Positions 16,381 to 30,909 of a stretch of DNA of 64,000 bases are shown here, one piece after another. Source of the stretch: the human T2T-CHM13v2.0 reference genome, Homo sapiens; NCBI RefSeq assembly GCF_009914755.1, contig NC_060944.1; one strand, given 5' to 3'. The position numbers were made by a program, and so were the translations under genes. The notes below the pieces were generated by a model that was given only the letters and a program-made list of their open reading frames with translations, was not told where the DNA came from and searched no databases. Each line of letters opens with the position of its first letter. The stretch's first letter is position 1.

Positions 16381-17833
16381 GGCAGTATTGTTTTTAATAG
16401 TAAAATCTGGAAACAATCCAAATGTCTATGAAGAGTAGACTGTGTAAATACATTATAGTATGTCCATACAATGCAATATTACGTAACAGTGAAAATTAGA
16501 GAACTGTAGCTACAAATGTCAATATCAATGAATCTCAAAAGTGTAATGTTGTATGAAAAAAACAATTCATAGGAGAATACTTATGCATGATTCCATTTTA
16601 CAGGCAAAACTAAACAGGCAAAACAAAACAATAAATGAGTAAAATATAAGGAAAAACAAGGGAATTGTTAACATAAAATGTACTATATCTTGGTTGCATC
16701 TTAGGATGCAAGAGGGATATAATTCAGGAGGGGCTTATCCAGGGTACTATAAAGGCCTGGAAATTTCCTGTTTCTTAAGCTAGCTAGTGGATATATAGTA
16801 GTTAATTTCCTTTTTATTATGATCAACTATACATATATGTTATACATATACTATTTTATGTATAACATATTCCCCAATAAGAAAATAAATTTAAAACAAA
16901 GAAACAAAAAGAAATAAAAGAAAATTACCTAAAAATGAAGAACCTATAAATTAAGAAACAAAGTAATTTTATATTAAATGGTGAAAAATACTAAAGCCTG
17001 TTACAAAAATCAAAAGAAACATGATATATCCCTATCCCTACTACTTTTCAATATTAATTTCTGCCACCTAATGCAATGTCAGGAAAATTAACATCTTATA
17101 CACTTCGTACAAAAAAAATACAAAGTTATTTTGGTTTGCAGGTGATATGATTGTAAACCCCCCAAAAACTCCAATGATTTTATGAAAAACTACTAGAATC
17201 TAATAAACAAGTATATTGAGATGACTGGAGTCATTTTAAAGACAAATGGCAGTGATTTTCTGTATATTTAATGTCCACTTAAAAATAGAATTTAAAATTT
17301 TGACACAATGCAATAAATTTATAAAATAACTAGTAATACATTTAATAAATCAGAATATTTCTATGAGGAACACTATAAAGAATTACTGGACAAAAATAAG
17401 ACAATAAATGGAAGGATATATTCTTGGAAGGAAAAATTTAATCTCATTAAAAAGTCAATCCTTCCTAAATCAATATATAAATCTAATCCATTTCTGATTT
17501 TTTTTACAATTAAGGATATGAATAAGGGCATATGTATAAGGGTATTAATAACAGAATTATATACACGTATAGAACTAGAAATACTTTAATGTCCAACAAT
17601 AGAGGATTTGTTAAGTAAGTTTCTTGTACATATTTTTATTAGATATTTTTGAAGTCATTTTATTTGGGGAAATACCTTATGACGTAGGAAACTGGTCACA
17701 AAATAATATTAGACTAAATAACTAGACTAAAATATACATAGAACTCAGAAATAACTAAAAGAAAATATATAAATATCTAACAGTCATTATCTTTGGGTTT
17801 TGGCACTGATAGGTAATTTTTAAAATGCTCTTC

Positions 17834-18190
17834 TGGCTGGGCACGGTGGCTCATGCCTGTAATCCCAGCACTTTGGGAGGCCAAGGTAGTAGGATCACTT
17901 GAGCCCAAGAGTTTGAGACCAGCTGGGCAACATGGCAAAACCTTGTCTCTACTAAAAATACAAAAAATTAGCTGGGCGTGGGGGTACACACCTGTAGTTC
18001 CCGCTACTCAGGAGGCTGAGGTGGGAGGATCACGTGAGCCAGGGAGGCAGAAGTTATTGCAATGAGCCGAGATGGAGCCACTGCACTCCAGCCTAGGTGA
18101 TGAAGTGAGAACCTGTCTCAAAAAAGAAAGAAAAGAAAAGAGAAAAGAGAAGAAAAGAAAAGAAAAGGAAAGGAAAGGAAAAGAAAAGAA
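17834..18190 (+). mobile_element. AluJ with (GAAAA)n tail
   Basis: Alu consensus. Confidence 0.85.
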
Positions 18191-18283
18191 ACGCTCTTCT
18201 GTACTTTTTCACATTTTTTACAATGAGTGTGTGTTACTCTTAAAATCAGGAAAGCGATCAATGTTATTTAAAGAAGAAAATAG

Positions 18284-18580
<297 letters not shown>

Positions 18581-18721
18581 AGTAAATTAATAAATACATA
18601 AAGAAAGAAGAAAATAGGTGTATTCCGCTCTGAGAAGGAAAGCATTTACCCCAGTATATGAATGTCTCTGTGTGTTTGTATTTCCTCCACTCATACTTGT
18701 GTCATTGTGTTTCTGCACAAG

Positions 18722-18820
18722 GTACTGATGGGCATGCCCTATGGGAGTATTCCCAGAAAGACAGTGCCTCGGGCTGAGGAAGAAAAGGCCATGGATTTTT
18801 CTGTCCTTTGGGATTTTGAG
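18722..18820 (+). CDS. TMC2: TMC2 coding exon (probably exon 8): VLMGMPYGSIPRKTVPRAEEEKAMDFSVLWDFE
   Basis: ttctgcacaag|GTACTG ... TTTGAG|gtacta; 99 nt, symmetric phase 0. Confidence 0.94.
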
Positions 18821-19412
18821 GTACTATTGTCAACATGCCAATGAACTTCCATTTGTGATTATAAAGGCTAAAGATTGCATGGATAAGTATGAAATAGTGC
18901 GTTTAATTATTGAAAAACCATTGCTTTAATAGGATCCCAGCACTAAGCTAAATGAGCTTGCAAACCATGTCTCTGCACAGTCTTCCCGGGTCTCCTTCAC
19001 GCACTGCTCTCTCCAGCCACACTCTGACAGATGTGGGCTCCCCATGCAGCCACTGCACCTCTCTGTCTGCCAGGTCTCTGTAAGGTGATCTCACGGTATG
19101 CTTTTCTTTCCTCATTCCCACATTAAGACCCCAGATCTATCTCCACTCCAGGCTTCCCCAAGTTTCACATGACATCTTCAACTGAATGTCCTACTTGCTC
19201 TTCAAATGCAACACCTATCCAGCCAAAACCCACATCTCTTTTTCCCAGCTCCTTTATTGGAATCACCATTCATCCAATCATCCATGTCTGAAGCCTGAAA
19301 ATCATCCCACGCTTCTACCTCTTCCTCACCAACCACCCGCCACTGCCATCCAACCAACCACTAAATCTGAACCTACCTACTAAATATTTCTTAAATCTTT
19401 TGTAAACCCAAT

Positions 19413-19768
19413 TGTATTAGTTCATGTTCACACTACTACCTGAGACTGTGTCATTTATAAATAAATGGGTTTAATTGGTTCACAGTTCCGCATGGCTGGG
19501 GAGGCCTCAAGAAACTTGCAATCACAGTGGAAGGCAAAGGGGAAGCAAGGCACTTCTTACATGGCAGCAGAAGACAGAGAGCACAGGGGAAATGCCAGAA
19601 ACTTATCAGAACAACCAGATCTCACCAGAACTCCCTCCCTATCATGAGAACAGCATGGGGGAAACTGTCCCCATGATCCATTCACCTCCCACCAGGTCCC
19701 TCCCTCAACACCTGGGGATTACAATTGAAGATGAGATTTGGCTGGGGACACAGAGCCAAACCATATCA
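19413..19768 (-). mobile_element. MST/THE1-family MaLR solo LTR with 5-bp TSD ccaat
   Basis: tgtattag ... gacacagagccaaaccatatca; ccaat at 19408-19412 and 19769-19773. Confidence 0.88.
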
Positions 19769-19850
19769 CCAATTAAGAACCTTGGCTTTTATTCCATTTG
19801 GGAATGAGAATCAATGAATATCTGAGGAGGAAGAAAATCAGTGAATATCT

Positions 19851-20024
19851 GGACTGAGTAAGAAAAAGCCACGGAGTTTTTCATCCTTCAAGATTTCAAG
19901 GTGCTATTGCCAATGTACCAATGAACTTCCACTTGTGATTGTAAGGCCTAAAGATTGCGTGTGTAAGTGTGAAACAGTGGACTTGATTATTGAAAAACCA
20001 GTTCTTTAATCAAATAGGATCCCA
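19851..20024 (+). pseudogene. Degenerate local duplicate of the exon-8 3' half plus start of intron 8
   Basis: Ungapped 127/160 identity (hand count) to 18771-18930 at offset +1080; in-frame TAA; donor AAG|gtgcta retained. Confidence 0.9.
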
Positions 20025-20445
20025 TCATTAGGCAAAATGCGTTTTTCCATCTCTTTTACCTTCACTTTGAATAACGTCCTCCCTTTACTGGAACTACTGT
20101 CAGAATCATCTACCTCTCCTCCCTGCCTTGGCTTGGCTCCTAAAATTTCCATTCCCTTTGTTGCTGGAGTGATCTTTATAAAATGCAGATCTGACCCTGT
20201 CACTCCCCTACCTCAAATTTTCATTGATTCTCATTCCCAGTGGAATAAAATCCAGTGTTCTTAATTGGGTTTACAAAGGAACTGTTCATGACCTGGCTGC
20301 TCCCTACCTCTCCAGTAATACCTCACACTTTAGTGCCCCAATGCCACCAAGCTTTGGGGAAGTCCCTGCACGCATCACACACTGTCATTGCCTCTCTGCC
20401 TTTGCTTATGGCCCTCTGCCTGCAGCACTCTTCCCTCCTTTGTGA

Positions 20446-21021
<576 letters not shown>

Positions 21022-21236
21022 TAGAGGGAATGAAGGAGAGAAAGAAGGGGAGATATGGAGGGGCTCTGGAGCCACTGGAGGAGGTGAAGGGAAGAACAAG
21101 AACATCTGGAACTCTTCCTTCGGCCCTTAGATTCGGTTAAGACTCTGAGAAAGAAATCCCTGGTAGAGTAGACATGTCTGGTAACCACCAGCTCTGAGCT
21201 TACCAACCCAGAGCATTTGGCTTTGCTGTCCCCCAG

Positions 21237-21379
21237 GGCTATATCAAGTACTCTGCACTCTTCTATGGCTACTACAACAACCAGAGGACCATCGGGTGGC
21301 TGAGGTACCGGCTGCCTATGGCTTACTTTATGGTGGGGGTCAGCGTGTTCGGCTACAGCCTGATTATTGTCATTCGATC
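21237..21379 (+). CDS. TMC2: TMC2 coding exon (probably exon 9): GYIKYSALFYGYYNNQRTIGWLRYRLPMAYFMVGVSVFGYSLIIVIRS
   Basis: tgtcccccag|GGCTAT ... CGATC|gtaagt; 143 nt, phase 0 to 2. Confidence 0.96.
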
Positions 21380-22688
21380 GTAAGTATGACCGTCTCATCC
21401 GCAGGCTTTGACTTCACAGCCACAGCTCACTCCCCTGGCCACTCTATGCCTACCTCCCTTCTGGTGGGGCATTCAGAGAGAAAACAGGAAATGAGCACAG
21501 AAAGCATATGCACATTATAATTTGTGGTATGAAAGACATGAACCAGGCCATGTGGGATGTGCTGGGAAATAGGATTGAAACCCCTTTGGATGAGGCTGAG
21601 AACGCCAGCCATGCTGAAATTCTGGGGAGCAGCATTTTAGACAAAAGAAGAGCATGTGCAAAGGCCCTGAGGCCGCAAATAGCCTAGTGTTTTCCCAAAC
21701 TGCCAAAAGGCCAGTGTGGCTTGAGAGGGAGCATAGTACCTAGTAAGGTAGGCCTGGAGGTTTGTCAGGCCTGTTTTTGCTTTTGTCCAGAGCTCAGCTT
21801 CCTCCAAAAAACTCTTCTGCTCCTCCAAACTCTAGCTTGTGTGTTAGAACCAAGGCTGGCATATAGAAAGATACAACCAAATAAACTTATACTAAATAAA
21901 TATATGTGGCAGTGATTAACCATGGCAGCCTCTCTGGCCCCAACTCTACTTGTCTCTGTGGTCAGAAGTGGCCTTTTAATATGTCTGTAACTCTTAATTC
22001 CTATTCTCTGAAAACTTGGCCCAGCCCATGGATTGATCGCCTTCTTCAGAATCAGGGGACCCCATCAGCTGTGGCTGGGGGTCACGGAGTGGAAGGCACT
22101 GTCTCCTACACAAACCTATCCACCTGGGCCCACTCTCCCTTCAGCACAGACATGAGGGGTCACTTCTCCCAGAAGAGTGTGGGTGGCTGTGTCTCCAGGA
22201 GAGGAGTGGAGCACTGGGTAGAGTGAAGTCTGGGTACAGCCCCTGAAAGGGCAATGGGGACGCTTGGTTTTCTTTCACATGGTCTCAGGCGGAAATGCTG
22301 TTGTTCCCAAGACCCTGCCCAGCACTCGACAGTGACCACTGGGTGATCTCTGACTGCACAGCCCTATCAGGCAAAAGGAAAAGAACAAGGAGACAGGCTT
22401 GCTTTTATTCTTAGCCCTCATGTTGTTGCTTTTTCCCTGCTCTCACCCCAGATAAGTATAGAAATATGCAAAGTTTTCGTGACAAACCAAAAAAGCTAAC
22501 TAAGCCCTGTGGAACAGCAAATCCAGAGAGCCAACATGTTAGGGAAGATGACAAACCCCTCATAGTATCTTATAGCACCCCTGTTTGGAATTCTGTGATT
22601 CCCACAGGGTCAAACTCTAGGGAGCATAGGTTGAAGACAGGTAGGATGAAATAGGAAGGTCCAAGGTGCTTTCAGCCAAACTTGATTA

Positions 22689-23110
<422 letters not shown>

Positions 23111-23125
23111 TTATATCAGAAAAAA

Positions 23126-23126
<1 letters not shown>

Positions 23127-23168
<42 letters not shown>

Positions 23169-23174
23169 TGTGTG
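23127..23174. repeat. (TA)n(TG)n microsatellite
   Basis: Seen directly. Confidence 0.9.
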
Positions 23175-23567
23175 TTCTATCCAAGAAAATAGATGACTTA
23201 GAAGGGGACGTTCCTGTTTGAGAATAGACTCCCGTATAGAGTTCTCAAACTGCATTTGCAGATGAGTCAAGCCACAGGAAATCGGGTGTAGGGAAGAAAA
23301 CATGGTCACGTGTCTTGTCTCCTGCAGGCTTTTTATTACCTCATTGATACCATGTGTGCTTTCAGGGGACTCTGAATTTGGGGGGAAGGGTGTCCTGGCT
23401 ATCCTCAAAGCTGTCTTGGCTCAAGTCCCTGCCTGGCTTGTTTTGTCACTGAATGTCAGCTACCTGTTTATCTGTTACCTGTGTCCGAGACTGGCTAGGC
23501 CAAGGTTCCCTGGGGGTGACACAGCAGAAAGAGGGCAGACGTCACAACAGTGCTGTGTGCCCTACAG

Positions 23568-23715
23568 GATGGCCAGCAATACCCAAGGAAGCACAGGCGA
23601 AGGGGAGAGTGACAACTTCACATTCAGCTTCAAGATGTTCACCAGCTGGGACTACCTGATCGGGAATTCAGAGACAGCTGATAACAAATATGCATCCATC
23701 ACCACCAGCTTCAAG
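23568..23715 (+). CDS. TMC2: TMC2 coding exon (probably exon 10): MASNTQGSTGEGESDNFTFSFKMFTSWDYLIGNSETADNKYASITTSFK
   Basis: gccctacag|GATGGCC ... TTCAAG|gtagtc; 148 nt, phase 2 to 0. Confidence 0.95.
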
Positions 23716-23805
23716 GTAGTCACCCCAGGGCAGTTCCCACTTCCGGAGAACTCTAGGTCCCTCTGGTCATTGAGAGACTTCTCCCAGCTGGGACATAGAA
23801 AATAA

Positions 23806-24230
<425 letters not shown>

Positions 24231-24321
24231 TGACAGAGTATCCTGGATGCTGAGACCTGGTGCTGCCTGTTTCTACGTGAAACACATTTCTGCTGGAATA
24301 AGTGGAAGGACTCATTTGGGG

Positions 24322-24495
24322 AAAGCATTTCTCAACTTTTTCTGCATACTAGAATCACCTGAGGAGCTTAAAAGATCTCCTGGGATCCACTAACAGAGAC
24401 TCTGATATAACTGGCCTGGAGTAGGGTCCTGACATTGGTTTTTCAAAAGCTCCCCAAGTGATTAGAATACTCAGAAAGAGCTGAGAACCCTGGTT
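24322..24495. mobile_element. MER5A-like hAT MITE
   Basis: tagaatcacctgaggagctt ... aagctccccaagtgatt. Confidence 0.7.
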
Positions 24496-24527
24496 TGGGG
24501 CTGTGGGAATAAAGAAATCAACACTGA

Positions 24528-24630
24528 TGGCTGCGCCAAAATCTCAGAAATCACCACTGAAGAACTTATTCATGTAACCAAACACCACCTGTTCCCCAGA
24601 AAGCTAGTGAAATGAAAAAAAAAAAAAAAA
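24528..24630 (+). mobile_element. Heavily 5'-truncated L1 (L1PB-like 3' end) with poly-A
   Basis: aaaatctcagaaatcaccactgaagaacttattcatgtaaccaaacaccacctgttcccc followed by A-tract. Confidence 0.8.
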
Positions 24631-24812
24631 GAATTTGAACTTGGTAGTTGGAAAATAACAAAGAGAGAGAAAGGGAGACAGAGTGAAAGCTTGGTGACAG
24701 AAGGCTACCAATATGGTCTGTGCAGATCAGTCCCACAGGGGCTGAGGTGGGCAAACCTTTGCACGTGTGTAGGATTCTGACTGAGAGGGTTCCTTCACAG
24801 ACCTTGCCTCTA

Positions 24813-24814
24813 CT

Positions 24815-24853
<39 letters not shown>

Positions 24854-25130
24854 TTGAGACAGAGTGTCGCTCTGTCACCCAGGGTGGAGTGTAGTGGCAA
24901 AATCTCAGCTCACTGCAACCTCCGGCTCCTGGGTTCAAGTGATTCTCCTGCTTCAGCCTCTTGAGTAGCTGGGATTACAGGTGCACATCACCATGCCCGG
25001 CTAATTTTTTTGTATTTTTAGTAGAGACATGGTTTCACCAGGCCAGTCTCAAACTCCTGACCTCAAGTGATCTGCCCGCCTCGGCCTCCCAAAGTGCTGG
25101 GATTACAAGCATGAGCCACTGTGCCCAGCC
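24813..25130 (-). mobile_element. AluS with (TTTA)n tail
   Basis: Alu consensus. Confidence 0.88.
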
Positions 25131-25490
25131 CATGTCTCTACTTTAAAATCACCATTTATTTTCTAAACAAGAGTTTTTTTCATGTGAAGTGCTGCTGACA
25201 AAGTTTCCATCATTTTCCAGTGAGACTGGGTGTTGTTTATTTATGTGACTGGTATAAAAACAGGCATGGGGGGTTCTGAAAACAAAACAAAACAAATCAA
25301 AACACAGTTCCATGAGATAAAAAAAGAGACAGAAAGTTTCCTGTGTGTACATGTCCAAAAAAAAGGTACAACAAAGCAGAAAAACCCTTCTGAGGGTGCA
25401 TAATAAACAAAGGACTATTTTAGGGTTCTAAGTTGCAGTTGGAGTGTATGTATAATTGAGTGGTTGGGTTTGCATATTTAAAAAATAAAA

Positions 25491-25740
25491 AGTATTTTTA
25501 GTAGAGATGGGGTTTCACCATTTTGGCCAGGCTGATCTTGAACTCCTGACCTCAAATGATCCACCTGCCAATCCCAGCTACTCGGGAGGCTGAGGCAGGA
25601 GAATCTCTTGAATCCAAAAGACAGAAGTTGCGGAGAGCCAAGATCGCACCACGGCATTCCAGCCTGAGTGACAGAGTGAGACTCTGGCTCAAAATGAATG
25701 AATGAATGGGATAATGTTAAAAAAAAAAAAAAAAAAAAAA
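25491..25740. mobile_element. Alu with inverted left-arm segment joined to a sense right arm
   Basis: Antisense 25491-25569, sense 25570-~25695, then (GAAT)n and poly-A. Confidence 0.85.
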
Positions 25741-25964
25741 GATGAAATCAACCCTATGTTTCTTTCAATCCACACACAAATAATTTCTTTACAAGAGAGG
25801 TTTGAGGAGGTCTACAGAACTATAGCTCATATAAAATAACCATCCAGCTGGGAAGCAAATGAATGAAGGCCAAAGCTGTAATGCTGAAGCACTGTACATT
25901 GTACTTTGCCCCCGTGATTGTAAAAACCATTCCAAGTTCTTCGTTTTTTTTTTCTTTAATTACA

Positions 25965-26170
25965 TTTTTTTTTTTTTTTTTTTTTTTTTTTGGAGACAAG
26001 GTCTCACTCTGGCTGGAGTGCCATGCCCAGTTAAATTTTTCTATTTTTTGTAGAGATGAAGTCTCTCACTATGTTGCCCAGGCTGGTCTCAAATTCCTGG
26101 CCTCAAGCCATCCTCCCTCCCTGGCCTCCCAAAGCACTGGGATTACAGGTGTGAGCCACTGCACCCAGCT
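25965..26170 (-). mobile_element. AluJ-like with large internal deletion
   Basis: ctggagtg joined directly to ccatgcccag. Confidence 0.75.
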
Positions 26171-26782
26171 CCCATTCCAAGTTCTTTATGGCTCAATATT
26201 TCTCCTGTCTGATCAGTGAAGCTTTCTTTCCCCCAGGACCTAGCAAAGCTCACATTACACTACAACTGCGCTTCGTTCTCTTTTCTTTGCCCCTCCCCTC
26301 TCTTGAATTCCTTCCTGCTGTCCACTGACTGATGCCTGCAGATGGCAGGGACACCCACTAGGAAAAGGGCTTGAGCTCAGCAACTCACAGCATGGGTTTC
26401 CCAGCCCTAGAGCCCGGTGGGCTTTGCAGTGCATGGAGCAGGGAGCTGACTCTGTCTCCTCTCCTTCTCCTTCTTACAGCAATGGGGGGCTTATGGCCAC
26501 TTCCATCCAAAGCCAGGGTAGGGGTGACTGGGGGCTTTGACTTTTCCTCCAGGACTGTGAGAGAGGGACAAAGAAGATCAATGTCTTTGAAACACTTTGA
26601 ACATGTGAGAAGTAAAATGACTTCTTTTGTAAGTTTATTAAAAGAGACATAATATACTTGTATAACAGAATAGATGTGAAAATTCTGTGAATTAAGACTT
26701 TGGGGTCTGGGAGAGCTCATTTTTCATCCTGGTTCTACCAATTACTCTGTGTCTAGGGCACAAGTTTAATAATCAAAAATCA

Positions 26783-27435
<653 letters not shown>

Positions 27436-27602
27436 AAAAAAAGTTTAAGTTCTATTAATAGTATCCAAAAAAAACCCATAAAATTCCTAGACATAAATTT
27501 AACCAAAATAATGTACAAGACCATTACACCAAAAGTATAAAATATTGCCGAAAGAAATTAAGAAACCCTAATGGAGAGATATGCTATGCTGATGGATTAG
27601 AA

Positions 27603-27820
27603 CAGAGGTTGGCAAACTATGGCCCACAGGCCAAATCCAGCCTGCTGCCTACTTTTACAAATAATGTTTTATCGAAACAAAGGCATTCCAATTTATTTAC
27701 ATCTTGTCTATGGTTGCTTTCATGCCACAATGGCATAGCTGAGTGGTTGTGAGAGAGACCATATGACCAGCAAACCAAAAATACTATCTAGCTTTTTATA
27801 GAATGAGTTTGCCAACCCTC
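27603..27820. mobile_element. MER58A hAT MITE with perfect 8-bp TSD gattagaa, inserted in L1
   Basis: TIRs cagaggttggcaaact ... agtttgccaaccctc; TSD at 27595-27602 and 27821-27828. Confidence 0.88.
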
Positions 27821-27985
27821 GATTAGAAGACTCAATATTTTAAGATTCAGTTGGAATCTATTTGACCTATAGACTTAACATGATCCCAATCAGTTACTGA
27901 AATCTCTCTGGGCCTTGGGGTCTGTAATGTGGGTAATAACAGTAACTATTCTACTGGTGTGTTGCTGGGATTAAGAGGGACAATG

Positions 27986-28272
<287 letters not shown>

Positions 28273-28540
28273 AGAGGGACAATGCACGGAAAGTACCACG
28301 TCTGACACATGGTGACTATTTAAGAAATCTAAGTGTTTCTTACATGTACTGGAATAGCAATAACAACAAACATATTTTTCTAAAGAAAATAATTATCCAT
28401 AGGGCACAGGGCATTACATCATCTCCTCTGTATTATTTCATTTCTGGAAATATAGAAAGTACTATTTTCAGGGACCCAACAGCCATGGTTCTGGCATTTC
28501 TGGCCTGACATTTATGCACATCTCATTTTCACACATTAAG

Positions 28541-28729
28541 GAATCAATAGTGGATGAACAAGAGAGTAACAAAGAAGAAAATATCCATCTGACAAGATTT
28601 CTTCGTGTCCTGGCCAACTTTCTCATCATCTGCTGTTTGTGTGGAAGTGGGTACCTCATTTACTTTGTGGTTAAGCGATCTCAGCAATTCTCCAAAATGC
28701 AGAATGTCAGCTGGTATGAAAGGAATGAG
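28541..28729 (+). CDS. TMC2: TMC2 coding exon (probably exon 11): ESIVDEQESNKEENIHLTRFLRVLANFLIICCLCGSGYLIYFVVKRSQQFSKMQNVSWYERNE
   Basis: acacattaag|GAATCA ... AATGAG|gtaaga; 189 nt, symmetric phase 0. Confidence 0.96.
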
Positions 28730-29247
28730 GTAAGAAAAACATCGCTGATGAACTGAAGGTTGATGGCAAATACTGAAATCACTGGTTCCTATGCCATTCA
28801 TTTCATTTATCGAAAGTCTGGATTATAGGCTTGTTTTAATAAGTGAAATTACATCCCCTTCCAGTCAAATAGCATGAATATCCTGAAGAAAAAGTCACCT
28901 ATTATTAGGTTTTGGGAACTGGCTTTTACAACTAGAAAAACTGGATTAGCAACTGGATAGCCACCTGTGCAACACCAATTACTAACGAGGCGATCCTTTC
29001 CTCACAGCTTTGCAGCGCCATACATCGTAAATCAAGTGTCTATTAATGCATGGGTATGATTCTGGGCTCTCTTTTCTATTCCTGTTTGTCTATTCCTGCA
29101 CAAATAACAAACTGATATACTATGCATTTACACTATGTCTTAATATCTGATAGAGCGAGTTTTCTCATCAAGCTCCACAATAAAACACATTAAGGTTTTA
29201 TTGTGATAACACAGAATCCATAAACCTCTTTCGGGAATTTGACATCT

Positions 29248-29700
29248 GTGGTCGTTTGTGAAAATGGCTACAAATTCTTCCTATCCTTGTATGCACATCC
29301 CTTTGCTTTCCTTTGCACATTCACGAAGAGGTGGAATCTGTGTCCTCCATCTTTTGAATCCACCTTAGCTTGGTCATGTGACTTGGTTTAGCCAATGGAA
29401 CAATAGCAACCATGAAACATGCAGAGATTTGAAAAGTGCTTGTGTATTGAGACTTGCTCTTTTACTGCTTTTGGGAACCCTGAGACCTTCGTCATGTGAA
29501 TAATCTCTGGCTAGCCTCCTGAATGATGAGACACATGGTCCAGTTATCTCCCCACCCTGGCCAATAGCCAGTAAACCACCAGATATTTGAATGGAGCCAT
29601 CAGCTATCAGCAGGTAAGGCCAACAAAAGAACGACCCAGTTAAGCCCAGTTTAAAAAAAAAAAAAATGCTGCCCCACAGAATCATGAGCTAAATAAATTA
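29248..29700 (+). mobile_element. MLT1 LTR
   Basis: catgtgacttggtttagccaatggaac ... ccacagaatcatgagctaaataaa. Confidence 0.7.
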
Positions 29701-30909
29701 ATAATAAGAAAGAGTTTATCTTGCATTCAAACAGCAATTTAAAAAAAGAAGACAGCCTATCTTCCCCCAACAAAGCAAGAAAGGATATAAAAAAGGAAAT
29801 ATGGCATTGATAGGAGGACAAATATAAAGCACAAAATCAGATTTAAGTCTAAATATATCAGTGATTCTAATAGATGTAAATGGATTTGATGCTACAGTTT
29901 GAGGACAATAATAATTAGATCAAAAACTGTTAAAGCTATGTGCTATTTATAATTAACCCATCTAAAACATCAGGACACAGAAAGGTTTAAAATAAAAGAA
30001 TGGGCCAGTGGTTTCTGCTAGTGGTGGCCTAGGTTATTTGGATCAAGTAATTAATTAAAAGCCCTAAAAATGCTCATTTAAAGAAAAAGCATACCTTGAA
30101 AACACTGAGGATCTGAAAACACAGTGAGAGACCCCCAAGACCAATTTTAAGTGAAAGCCTGTGACCAGAAATATAAGGGGAGTATCAGTGCCAAGTCTTA
30201 TGCTCTGAAGGCAAATGCTGACTTTTCAAACACTTGTTCCTGTGCTCTAGTTCCATCCCACTAGGGCCAGTGTCTTAGCCTATGTTGTGTTAATTAGGTT
30301 CCTGCAGCCTTGATGTGCTGACTCTGTCCTAAGTTGGGAAGTTTCACAATAGCCAACTAGCAGTTCTTGAATTCCTGATTTATTTCCAGGCCTTCATACC
30401 CCATCAGTCACTCCACTAATGTTCAACACACAGGCAGTAATAAGAGGGAGGTAACAAACCACAACGATGGCTCCGGAGACCAACACATCAACAGATGAGC
30501 CAAGTGGGTCCAGAAGTCATTCAGGCACTGGCCAGCAGAAGTGGGCATCGCTGTTTCTCTCTTGCAGAGCTTCCAGCAGCCACTGCCAAAATCGGGAGAA
30601 GGTTCCAGAGTTCCCATGGGCAGAGCCTCCGAAGGCTTTTTGAACAAGGCCAGGTCCTGGCTGCTTTTATGATCCTCCCAGATGGGTCTGTTCTCTTTAT
30701 CTCAGCCAACGTTTCATTCTCTACCAGTTAATTTCAGGAAATACCAGGCAGCAGCAGGTGTTTGCTTATCACCTCAGTCCATTATATACATGCTTATCAC
30801 TTTGAGAGAGGGCGGAACAATTTCACTATGGGCTTAATGCTTTTTGACATGAGTGACTCTATTTTGAGACATTAGGATCACAAATTATGATATATGAGTT
30901 TGCTAGGGC

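Noticed and set aside
23302-23805. 167-aa ORF extending on both sides of exon 10
   Set aside because: Only 23568-23715 is TMC-like and bounded by AG/GT in the right phases. The flanks look like chance open intron.
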